Assembly: GCF_006345805.1 (NCBI RefSeq)
Contig: NW_021835838.1
Span: forward strand, 1 to 38,121
Source: Octopus sinensis
Lineage: Eukaryota
Direction: 5' to 3'
Length of the DNA stretch: 38,121 bases
Positions 11,537 through 22,596 of the stretch are shown here, in pieces; within the stretch, counting starts at the first letter, position 1, and the number at the start of each line of letters is the position of its first letter. Position numbers and translations under genes: made by a program. The notes under the pieces were generated by a model, which was given only the letters and a program-made list of their open reading frames with translations, searched no databases and had not been told where the DNA came from.

Positions 11537-11718
11537 TGAGTGACGAGTTGGCAGAATCGTTCGCAGCATTTAGTCTGTCATCACGTTCTGAGTTCAAATT
11601 CCGCCGAGGTGGACTCTATCACCCTTTCAGAGTCGATAAAATAAGCACTAGGGTCGACATAATCAACTTCCCTCATCCCGAATTGCTGGCCTTATGCCAA
11701 AATTTGAAATCAATATTA
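11537..11718 (+). mobile_element. SINE family B, diverged, head-to-head with the previous copy
   Basis: gagttggcagaatcgtt..acgttctgagttcaaattccgccgaggtggac..ccctttcagagtcgataaaataagcac matches 15490-15625. Confidence 0.8.
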
Positions 11719-11989
11719 ACGTAGTTTAATCTCTCAGGCACATGTGATCGTGACCGTTACATTATATCGATATAGGATGCTCTGGGATAAATATAAAGAC
11801 TACTCTTATTATTGCGTATATACATTCATTTTAAGGCAAGGGATATTGGTGGAATGTTCCTATCAAAGTTTACATCAAGTGAAAACATAACCAGTCCAGT
11901 ATAGTTGTTGGTCTGGTTTCCTGACATAAACAGGATGGCAGAAAAGAAAAATCAATCAGAGTCATAGAGAACAGTTAGATTGCAGAAGT

Positions 11990-12325
11990 TTTCCACACAT
12001 ACACACCACTGCTTAGAAACTTACAGCTTCACAAGGTTTCTGTAGTGTTTTCTTACTTCAGACAACACAGCTTATCTATTAAAAGTTGTTCAGTGCATTC
12101 CTGCACTCCTTTTTTTGCATTTGCCTGCGCATCAGTGACTGTATTGTTAGACTCGCAATGGACAAGGAGGAATTGGTTCAGACATCTTGTGTACAAAGTA
12201 CAGTTTATACAGCACGTTAAAGTAGGCAATGACGTAGTTCGCTGTCAAAGCAGTGATTTTATTCGTTTGTGCTTATGGCAAACCAGTTTGGTTATGTCAA
12301 TTTGGCCGTCCATAGATCCTTGAAA
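11990..12325 (-). pseudogene. Decayed reverse transcriptase fragment of an R4/Dong-like LINE
   Basis: Frameshifted minus-strand peptides NWFAIST, NY..IAYFNVLYKLY, RCLNQFLLVHCESNNTVTDAQANAKKGVQECTEQLLIDK and EVRKHYRNL resemble the NYRPI-CL..YK and QKG..GC.EQLLIDK blocks of RLE-clade RTs. Confidence 0.75.
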
Positions 12326-13148
12326 TATATAAATTTCCGCAAAATGTCACCGTTTTAAAGCTGAAGGCAACTATGAGGACATTTCACATTACTTTCCGAT
12401 TATACAACTTTACCATAGTTTTGATTAAAGTCGGTTGTATGGGGTTTTACTATTGATGTCGGAACCGTGTTCTTGCTTTATTGCTTTATTGTGTCAAGCC
12501 ATGTATCATTGTAATTTAGATCTTTACTTTCGTTCGAAATATTAAACCAGAATTAAGTTAGACTTTTCTTCGGTACTTCGGTACTTTCTCACCTGCATTT
12601 AAAAATTACCATTAATAAATTGGACTACCTCCCCACTAGAAAATCGAGTTTGTGGCGACAAGAGATTGGATTAAAAGTGTTAGATCCTTTTGATTCAATA
12701 CTTCAACATTGTTGACGTTTGGCCTCCTCAGTAGGCATGGTGTGATTTGTTATAAAAATGTTATTAGATTCAATATGATGTTTAATTTTTTCAGTTATCC
12801 TGTTTATTAATTTTTTTAGTTTTCATGTTTATTGATTTTTTTTCATTGTTTTGTTTGTTTTTGTTTTATTGAGGGTTAAAACAAATTTTTTAGGTGAGGG
12901 AGATAACCAAAAGTACCGATATTTTTCATAAAACGTGGGGAGATAACCCAATTTTTTAATGGAGGTGAGACAACCAAGAAGTATCCTTTCTTCTTACTAA
13001 GATGTTTCTCTTCATCCTCCAGTATTACAGAATGTGGATTATAAACAAACTTGGGTTGCAGGAATGTTCAAACATCTTTCAAATAATATTTTTATATATG
13101 TATGATAGTCTGTAAGTATGTATAAAGTTATGTGTGTAAGTATATGTA

Positions 13149-13188
<40 letters not shown>

Positions 13189-13217
13189 TATATATAATAT
13201 ATATATATATATATGTA

Positions 13218-13269
<52 letters not shown>

Positions 13270-13815
13270 ATATATATATCACACTCCTTACTATCATCTA
13301 TTTCTCACCAGCGCGCGCGCGCGTGTGTATACATAAATGTATACATAATCCTGTATATTATATTATATTATCTTATATTATATATTAAATGTTTGTGTTC
13401 GTGAGTACATATTCCTTGGTTTACACGGCAGAATGATTTTGCAAGTTACCCATGCCAACTGTGTAAACTGTAATATGTTTTTAATGATGATATTGATACT
13501 GAAAAAAAAAAAAACACTCACACGTATAAAATTCAGAGTTGTTTATTGAAATAAGCATAACAAAACATGATTTATATGCGGTAATTTTTATACATGCTCT
13601 TTTAATGTACTGTTTATTTTATTGACATCTTTTTCTTTTTTCAACGTTCAATAATCACTGTCTGTTCCATTAAGTCTCTCACTTTTAGCTTCTCAACGCT
13701 TTTCGAGTTAAAAAGTTTTGACTTTCTAATTGCGATTGTTGGCTTGTCTCTGATATTAAGAATAAATCAACAAAGCCTGAATCGTGCACGTACTCACTCA
13801 CTGAAAATCACAAGC

Positions 13816-13912
<97 letters not shown>

Positions 13913-14099
13913 GTGTGTGCGTGCGTGTGTGTGCGTGTGTGCGCGGGCACATGTATGTATAAGTTTAAAATCTGCTTCAAGCTTACACATTCATGAGGTT
14001 GGAGCTTATCTAGACTAGGCGTTTTGGTAACAGAGAGTAAAAGCCTTACCTCCTAATGAGATGCTAGGCACTTGAAGCTTTAACTTCCAGCTGTCACAG

Positions 14100-14230
14100 G
14101 TATTCATCATCAGCTGAACGGGCTGGAGCAACGTGAAACAAAGTGCCTTTTTCGGGGGCACAATATGCCACCCAGTCTAAGTATTGAACCCACGTATCAA
14201 CAACCAAGAGCCCAATAACAACCTACCTTT
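14100..14230 (-). mobile_element. SINE family C fragment (tRNA head + CORE-like)
   Basis: ctggagcaacgtgaaa..attgaaccc shared with 18368-18490; minus strand has a B-box-like gggttcaatac. Confidence 0.6.
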
Positions 14231-14313
14231 ACTACATTCGCATGCACAAACACATCTACGCTCATATATACATATATATATAGGCATACATACATGCATT
14301 TATACATATATAT

Positions 14314-14700
14314 TCTCTTTTACTCCTTTACTTGTTTTAGTCATTTGACTGCGGCCATACTGGAGCACCGCCTTTAGTCGGGCAACTCGACCCCGGGACT
14401 TATTCTATCGGTTTCTTTTGCCGAACCGCTAAGTGACGGGGACATAAACACACCAGCATCGGTTGTCAAGCAATGCTTGGGGGACAAACACAGACACAGA
14501 AACACACACACGCATATATATATATACATATATACGACGGGCTTCTATCAGTTTCTGTCTACCAAATCCACTCACAAGGCTTTGGTCGGCCCGAGGCTAT
14601 AGTAGAAGACACTTGCCGAAGGTGCCACGCAGTGGGACTGAACCCTGGAACCATGTGGTTGGTAAGCAAGCTACTTACCACACAGCCACTCCTGCGCCTA
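14314..14700 (-). mobile_element. SINE family A (tRNA-derived head, CORE-like domain, internal TA/CA microsatellite), full length
   Basis: Minus strand starts taggcgcaggagtggctgtgtggtaag (A-box), ggttcagtccc (B-box), gcgtggcaccttcggcaagtg (MIR/CORE-like) and ends in a (GAGTAAAA)-type tail; high similarity to 16931, 18933, 33883 and 37928 copies. Confidence 0.92.
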
Positions 14701-14722
14701 TATATTAATATAAATATACATG

Positions 14723-15004
14723 TGGAGGTGCAATGGCCCAGTGGTCAGGGCAGCGGCCTTGCGGTCGTAGGATCGCGATTTCGATTCCCAGACCGGGCGT
14801 TGTGAGTATTTATTGAGCGAAATACCTAAAGTTCCACGAGGCTCCGGCAGGGGGTGGTGGCAAACCTTGCTGTACTCTTTAGCCACAACTTTTTTCCACT
14901 CTTTCTTCTGCTGGCCTGCTCACTTAGCCAGCGGGGTGGCGTCATTTGAAGGCTAAAACAATGCGAAGCGCATTGTGACCAGCGATGTGTAGCAACATCT
15001 GATA
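14723..15004 (+). mobile_element. SINE family D with tRNA-derived head
   Basis: A-box TGGCCCAGTGG at 14734-14744, B-box TTCGATTCC at ~14780; 3' part shared with 6651-6760 and 20089-20205. Confidence 0.85.
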
Positions 15005-15482
15005 ACTATACATAAATAGATACCTATATATAAACATTCATATATACATACATGTATAACATACATACATACATGCTCGTCCAGAACTTCCATCATGTCG
15101 TATAGTGTATGCGTAGAAACAATACGGGTAGAAAGTAACAATATTAGAGTGTCGTTCTCAATACGACGGTTCTTGTATCAATTCATTCTAATGCATGTGC
15201 AGCAGGCAATTGACGTCATTTCCATCCAAAAGCTACATTCGTTTCTCATTTTCAGAAGCTATCCATTTCATATCGTTCTCTTGCAGTATTTCCCATGCTT
15301 CATCCATTATTTTTGTCTCAGTTTTGGCACGTTTATTTTTTTAACTATGCACACATGCACACTTTCACAAACATGCACACTTTCACACACAAGCACATAC
15401 ACATACACGTACAAACTTCATAGATATTAAATGTATGTATACATATGTGTGTGTATATATATATATTATATATATATATTTT

Positions 15483-15715
15483 GAAGGTGGTGAGCTGGCA
15501 GAAACGTTAGCACGCCGGGCGAAATGCGTAGCTGTATTTCGTCCGCCGTTACGTTCTGAGTTCAAATTCCGCCGAGGTCGACTTTGCCTTTCATCCTTTC
15601 GGGGTCGATAAATAAAGTACCAGTTACGCACTGGGGTCGATGTAATCGACTTAATCCCTTTGTCTGTCCTTGTTTGTCCCCTCTATGTTTAGCCCTTTGT
15701 GGGCAGTAAAGAAAT
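15483..15715 (+). mobile_element. SINE family B, full length
   Basis: tRNA-like head (tggtgagctggcagaa; gagttcaaattcc), central cctttcatcctttcggggtcgataaataaagtaccag domain (resembles the Meta/Sauria-type domain, from recall), tail shared with 37054-37161. Confidence 0.88.
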
Positions 15716-16684
15716 ATATATATATATACACACATACATATATGTATGTGTAAAAACACATGTATATTGTGTGTGTGTGTGTCTATATCTATCTATCTAT
15801 ATATATACATATATAAATGTATTTACACACATGCGCGCGCGCATACATTTTGACAAGAATGGGTACTTGTGCACTAATTGTCGCGAGTGATTACCTTCGT
15901 GACTAGGAGCGTCTCGTCCCGTCCGGGTGAGAGATCTTGTATTCTCAGTCGTCGGTTATACTTCGGAAACCGACATAAGCACTGGTATAATGCTCCTGCA
16001 GGCACGAGACTGATTTTCTTTTAAAAATATTAACCCTATGCACACACACACACACACACGCATACACACACATGCACACACAAACGCACGCACGCACACA
16101 CACACATAGAGTACCATGTGTGTGTGTATTCATTTACATTTATATATACATACATATATATATATACATCATATATATATACATCATATATATATATACA
16201 TCATATATATATATATATATGTATGATGTTGCAGTGTATTATTGTATCTTTACTGTAAGCACGTCCTACTTAAACAAGCATGTATACACACACACACACA
16301 TACAAGCACACACACACACATACAAGCACACACACACGCACAAGCACTTACAGTAACATAACTATTTCCCAAATAACACTTCCTTTACAATTCATTCTAA
16401 TTCCTTCTAATAATTGCGTCAAATACTTGTGAACCCTACTTTGACCAATTTACATGATCATATTTCCAAGTTTTAAAAAGTGAGAGTAAATTGCCCTAAA
16501 GAATGAAAGTAAACTGCAATAGAAACTGAAGACGAAAATCATGTCGCTCTGAGGATATTTGAATCATTTACTGGGCAACTCGAATACCTCTTATCAAAAA
16601 AGAAAAGAAAGGAATTGGCTCGTACAGTGTGAGTGAATCCACAGGAGCAACGTCACCACTTTCTGTCGGTTCTTTCTCTACAGT

Positions 16685-16789
16685 TCATTAATCGTTCAGG
16701 AGTGTAACGTTACTCATATTAACTGTGGTGACTATCGTATGTGGACATGCAAACAACGGAGCTGTTGTCTCAATGGTGTTTTTTGCTGA
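16685..16789 (+). CDS. Candidate terminal exon encoding a six-cysteine peptide (SLIVQECNVTHINCGDYRMWTCKQRSCCLNGVFC*)
   Basis: Strong acceptor ctttctgtcggttctttctctacag ending at 16683; open frame to TGA 16787-16789; spacing C-6-C-7-C-4-CC-5-C. No start codon or signal peptide found; may be chance. Confidence 0.2.
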   Translation, partial: SLIVQECNVTHINCGDYRMWTCKQRSCCLNGVFC

Positions 16790-16930
16790 GTTATAGTACG
16801 CAGGAACGGTGCACTTCAGCTGCTATTTTTTAAATACTTAACACATCAGTAGAATGTACAATGAATATAGGTGCCTGTAAGCGTGCATATTGAGGAATTT
16901 CTTTATGTTGTTTTAATGAAATTTTGGTAT

Positions 16931-17094
16931 GGCAGGAGTGGCTGTGTGGTAAGTGGCTTGCTTAACAACCACATGGTTCCGGGTTCAGTCCCACTGCGCG
17001 GCATCTTGGGCAAGTGTCTTCTACCATAGCCTCGGGCCGACCAAAGCCTTGTGAGAGGATTTGGTAGACGGAAACTGAAAAGAAGCCCGTCGTA

Positions 17095-17138
<44 letters not shown>

Positions 17139-17356
17139 TGTGTGTGTTTGTGTGCCTGTGTTTGTCCCCCTAGCATTGCTTGACAACCGATCCTGGTGTG
17201 TTTATGTCCCCGTCACTTAGCGGTTCGGCAAAAAGAGACCGATAGAATAAGTACTGGGCTTACAAAGAATAAGTCCCGGGGTCGAGTTGCTCGACTAAAG
17301 GCGGTGCTCCAGCATGGCCGCAGTCAAATGACTGAAACAAGTAAAAGAGTAAAGAG
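16931..17356 (+). mobile_element. SINE family A, full length
   Basis: Same head, core and tail as 14314-14700, opposite orientation. Confidence 0.92.
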
Positions 17357-18367
17357 CATGGCACTGTTAAAACAATGTTTTTTGTTAATGTTTCCCAGAA
17401 AACAATTAAGTCTATACTTAATTCTAATATAAATCGACCATCCAATTTTAATAGTACCTTTTATATAAATAGCTATATGGGTCTTATTTATCTCTCTGTT
17501 TCTGATGTTGATGTCTGATGCCTGCCTCTCATTCTGCTTAGCAGGACAGAAAAAAATTAAAATTTTCGATAATTTTTGATAATTTCCTTTGTGAATTGTA
17601 ATCTCTGATACTTGGAACATATAATATTCTTACAAAACTATTGAAAAATGAAAACAATTTTTTAAAAAGTTACTGAAGGGATACGCTTATTCTAAAAAGT
17701 CGTATCGACTTTTCAATAAATAGCACTGCATTATACAATGTGTCCTTCCATTTCAAAGGTGGTAGGCTGTGACTTGAAAAAATTTAACTGCTGTTTCAGG
17801 CAGGTTCAGCAGATACTTTAGTTTACTAATTCCTGCAGACAAGCTTACGTCCCTGTTAAAAACACTATCTCCAGGGCAACGTGCATACCCAAAGCGTAAG
17901 TGTATGTGGGGTGGTGAGCGAGAGAGATTGTATGTGTAAGTGCGAGTGTGTGAGTGAGAGGAGTGTGTATGGGGGGGGACTGCATCCATACATGCGGATA
18001 TAACTGTTTGTATATAAATGTCTATATGTATATAGGTATATTAGAAGCTTTTGTTTTAAAACACGGCGGGACATCGCCATACAGTAGAATTTTGTATGAA
18101 TAATTATCTGTATTAGACATCAAGTAATAAACGAAAATAAAACTGCCACTTCCAGAACAAGTAATCTTGTTTTATTATATATCTTTTTTTCAATATTGTT
18201 GCATTAGTCTTATGATTATATGTCTAGCGTAAATAATTATTCTTCCACAATGCCTTGACAGAATATAATCTTATGCTTCTCTAATGTGGGGGGACAACGG
18301 ACTGGCGAAAAATGTAAATAACTACATACATACATACATACATACATACATACGGCCTGACGCAGTA

Positions 18368-18490
18368 TTACCCAATTTTGCCAGTCGACTGGAATGGAGC
18401 AACGTGAAATGTACCACCCAGTCCAGCAATCAAAACCACAATCTTATGATCATGAGTGCACCACTCCTAACCACTAAGCCATACACCTCC
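18368..18490 (-). mobile_element. SINE family C fragment
   Basis: ttttgccagtcgactggaatggagcaacgtgaaat..cctaaccactaagcc; minus-strand A-box-like ggcttagtggttagg. Confidence 0.65.
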
Positions 18491-18932
18491 ACATATACAA
18501 ATACAGGTATGTATATATATACATGTATGCATAGGTATATGTGTGTATGTGTGTGCGTATGTGTTTATTATGTATAAATGTGTGTGTGTGTGTGTGTATG
18601 TGTGTATTCATACATAAAAGTAATAACGTATCTAACCCTTAAAGAGTTGAATTTTTTCTTTTTTTTTTCGAATTTTCATATTCCTTCTTTTTTGTGTGTT
18701 TTGCCTTCTGATAACTCTTATTGTATAAACAGTCTTTGGTTTAATATTTTCAGACATTTTGAACATTTTGTTTTCTGATAAAGTGGTATTTATTACTGTT
18801 ACTGAAACAATGGGTAAAGGCATAAAATTTTAAATAGATATATATTCTCCTCTTGCATTAACTATATGCATGTGTGTATGTAAGTGCCTGTATATGTAGC
18901 TCTATGTTTGTTTGTATATGTATAAATATATA

Positions 18933-19174
18933 TACTCTTTACTCTTTTACTCTTTTACTTGCTTCAGTCATTTGACTGCGGCCATGCTGGAGCACCGCCT
19001 TTAGTCAAGCAAATCGACCCCGGGACTTATTCTTTGTAAGCCCAGTACTTATTCTATCGGTCTCTTTTGCCGAACCGCTAAGTGACGGGGACGTAAACAC
19101 ACCAGCATCGGTTGTCAAGCAATGCTAGGGGGACAAACACAGACACACACACACAACACACACACATATATATA

Positions 19175-19219
<45 letters not shown>

Positions 19220-19322
19220 GTATATACATATATATGACAGGCTTCTTTCAGTTTCCGTCTACCAAATCCACTCACAAGGCATTGGTCGGCCGGGGCTATA
19301 GCAGAAGACACTTGCCCAAGAT
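18933..19322 (-). mobile_element. SINE family A, head truncated
   Basis: Tail (tactctttt)x3 through ..gacacttgcccaag; lacks the tRNA head. Confidence 0.9.
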
Positions 19323-20004
19323 ATGTATATATATATATAGACAAACACCTAGATACATCACACACACACACAGATACACACCACAGACACATACACACAC
19401 ATACAGGGTGGGGAGAGGTTAAATGTGATTGAACTCTTACAATATTAAGGGTAGACGTTCCTTTCCTGTTCCTCTGCCCTCAATTCTAACGCAGACAATG
19501 CTTTCGGGAAAGACGTGAATATTATAACAGCTTTCATTTATTCTAGTCTTTGAGATAAAACAGTAAGAAAATCTGAATAGTGTAGCTGGAGTATGTTTAT
19601 TATACAGATATTGTAATTTACCAACCGTTTTCTTTTATGAATTGCTTAGTTAAGCGCAGAACCCAGTGATATTTGTAAACCGTACTTACTGTTTAGATCA
19701 TCACAGAAGGATGTTAAGTAAAGTTGGACTCGGTTGGTGTTGGGCTCAGACACTTAAATTCTGGAAGTAGATAAAAATTATAATAAATATATAAATAAAA
19801 TTAGAATAAATAAATTAATAAAATGTATAAAAATCCATGATTTATGTCATATATGTATCATATGCTATGACATACATGTGAAATACACTATATTTTATTA
19901 AAATATGTTATATGATATTATACATATCTATTCTATCAGTAAATATAATCAATAGAATGTGATATGTGATGTATGCGTATCATATAAAGAATATATCATA
20001 TATG

Positions 20005-20046
<42 letters not shown>

Positions 20047-20088
20047 ATATATATATAATATATATATATAATATATATATATATATAT

Positions 20089-20205
20089 CACGTGATCACG
20101 TGACCGACCAGACCATCAGATGTTGTTACACATCGCTGGTCACAATGCGTTCGCATTGTTTTAGCCTTCGAATGACGCCACCCCGCTGACTAAGCGAGCA
20201 GGCCA
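20089..20205 (-). mobile_element. ~115-bp SINE 3' module (family D) embedded in (TA)n
   Basis: Near-identical to 6651-6760 with the same boundary at ..gcaggcca. Confidence 0.85.
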
Positions 20206-20219
20206 ATATATATATATAT

Positions 20220-20289
<70 letters not shown>

Positions 20290-20432
20290 AATGAAATAGA
20301 TAGTGAGGAAGAGAGAAAGAGAAGTGAAAGAAGTATATCTAGAGATCAGGCTTACGAAGAGAAAGAAATGGTATACTCTTTGAAGAAGTTAAATTGTACA
20401 ATATTAATATATTTGATAGGAAGATCAGTCTT

Positions 20433-21796
20433 TCAGGTGTGTGGGTTTACTGTTTTGGTTTTTCGTTCATGCAATTTTCCAACTCTGTCATAATTCCTGA
20501 AAAAAAAATAAAATAACGCCTTTGAAGTTAAAAAGAAAAAGTGAGAAGTAGCGATTTTCATTTCTTTCCTTGCAGTGTAAATGAAGTGAATTGGTTTTAA
20601 CTTAGAATTCGAATAATAAAAACAACAATTATGCTGACGGAGAAGATAAATGATGATTAGAATATTAGTGATTTAAGATAATGATTTCTCACAACCTTTC
20701 TTCAAGCTATACTGCAAGCCAACATAACACTCGTAAATCTCACGTATTGTCATTGCCTACAGCGGGAGACTGTTTCTGCCCAGTAATACTTACTCATAAC
20801 TACATTTGTTTTGCTTCTTATTGAACATGCATTTCTGAATAGCTTCATTTGACATTTTGATCTCAAAGAGATATCCAATGGGCCTAATTAGTGGTTCTTT
20901 TAGCGGAGTCAGTGGAGTGAGGGTAATGTTTTCTGCCTTTCGGTTTGTGCTGTCCATTATCGGAGATGATTCGATTTCGACGCCTAGAAGATTATACTGA
21001 TGTCTGAGTGGGGTGCTCTACACATAACAGATGCGAAGGCTAACACTCTGGATATCTGAGAGTTAAAGGATAATAGGTAAAATTATTGGGTTAGAAATTA
21101 GTGATGATGTATGTCAGTAAAATAAATAAATAAAACACGATAAATAAAATTCATAAGATTAAATAAATTTGTACCGTGATAAGAAAGGTAGGTGTCTTAA
21201 GAAGAAAGGGAGCGTTGTGTTGGCAAAAATCAAGTTAAAAATAAAACACAGAATAGGTTGATTTGTTAACGAAAACTTGACAAAGGACACTAATCGAAAT
21301 GTGGTCTCTAATTTACAACAGACATCTTCCATCTCAACTTCCTATTTTCTTATAAAAGATAAGAATGTTATCCACGGATCACAAATCTTTTAGCTGGTTG
21401 CCTAGCACTCTGTTACTATGACCAGCTGTGGCTTTTTTGTACTTCCGTTAACAGAACTCAAATGTGAAAATATATAGCCTGCATATATATATCTCAGACT
21501 CGCAGATATCCTTCTTGTAATTATCATAAAAAAAAGTAACATAAAATTATACTGGCAGATGGTCGATATAGCTATTAGATAATATTCACGAAACATCAGC
21601 CATAAAGCTAATTATAACATTTAATAATTGTTACTATTTTTGTCATTTTGTTTTATGCTAGCTGAGATAATTTTTTCTAATTCAGTTTATTATTACCATA
21701 AAAAATTATCTTAAAGGTATTTATACATTTAGTCATCAAGAAAGCATGAATATTTTCCCTCTCACATTTTCTCTCCGTTATAAATATGAACTTTTA

Positions 21797-21869
<73 letters not shown>

Positions 21870-22596
21870 TATAAACTACCACCATTACATTATCACCACT
21901 GCATCATGATCGTTATCATTATCAGCAGCAGCAGAAGTTGTAACGACATTTTATTAAAATCAAAACTTCAGTTCTCTGATCATTAAAAATATGAGATCTA
22001 CGTATCTTTAGATAGTATAAAAACGATGATACAAATTCTGAAGTGCTTTTTCGCCTTGAGTTCAAAACCTACTGTAATTGACGTAACCAAGGTGAAGGAT
22101 GGGGAGATGTTTTCAAGCAGACGAAAGTATCTGTTATCTGTTCTACCAACAATATGGTGGTTGGACAATAGTTTTCCCTATGTAAAATGGTGCCTTTCGC
22201 TGTCGGCTCTTCTTGAGTTCCTACATTATCGTTACATCTGCAGAAATAGCAGCGAAACTCCCTCAAACTTCATCCTACCGTCTTAAAGGATATACCGTAC
22301 AATGCAGTTCCTGATATCTGAACCGAAGCATTAAACTTATTATTAATCTAAGCGAGATATTTGATCACCGAGAGTGCACAATGACTCAGCATGTAGTCAA
22401 AACATTCACTTTATGACTATGTGAATTAACCGAACGACAAGAATGAACCTCACATATACTACATACAGAAAATTTGGAATATTTACCATAACTTACTTCC
22501 CGAATTAGACACCGAAGTATTTCGGCTGCTCATCACCTGATCATTCTCTGTTGAACTAAAGACGTTTAGCCCTACAATAATAGCTGTTGCGGACAT
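20433..22596 (-). CDS. Hypothetical 3-exon gene model (22596-22497, 20983-20794, 20496-20433), 117 aa, unknown function
   Basis: GT-AG introns with GTAAGT donors at 22496 and 20793; acceptors cttctag (20984) and ttttttttcag (20497); phases 1 and 2 compatible; no stop. Product MSATAIIVGLNV..VEIESSPIMDSTNRKAENITLTPLTP..GYLFEIKMSNEAIQKC..NYDRVGKLHERKTKTVNPHT*. Not recognised as a known protein. Confidence 0.25.

Noticed and set aside
14723-14795. tRNA genes at SINE heads (also 14630-14700, 15483-15570, 16931-16995, 37928-37995)
   Set aside because: No intact cloverleaf or acceptor stem; each continues into SINE body sequence.
19691-19762. Minus-strand exon-like segment with good acceptor and GTAAGT donor
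   Set aside because: All three frames contain stops; at most a non-coding exon, unsupported.
22026-22330. 87-aa plus and 65-aa minus ORFs and other proteinaceous-looking frames
   Set aside because: No recognisable domain; multiple stops in alternative frames; length within chance expectation.
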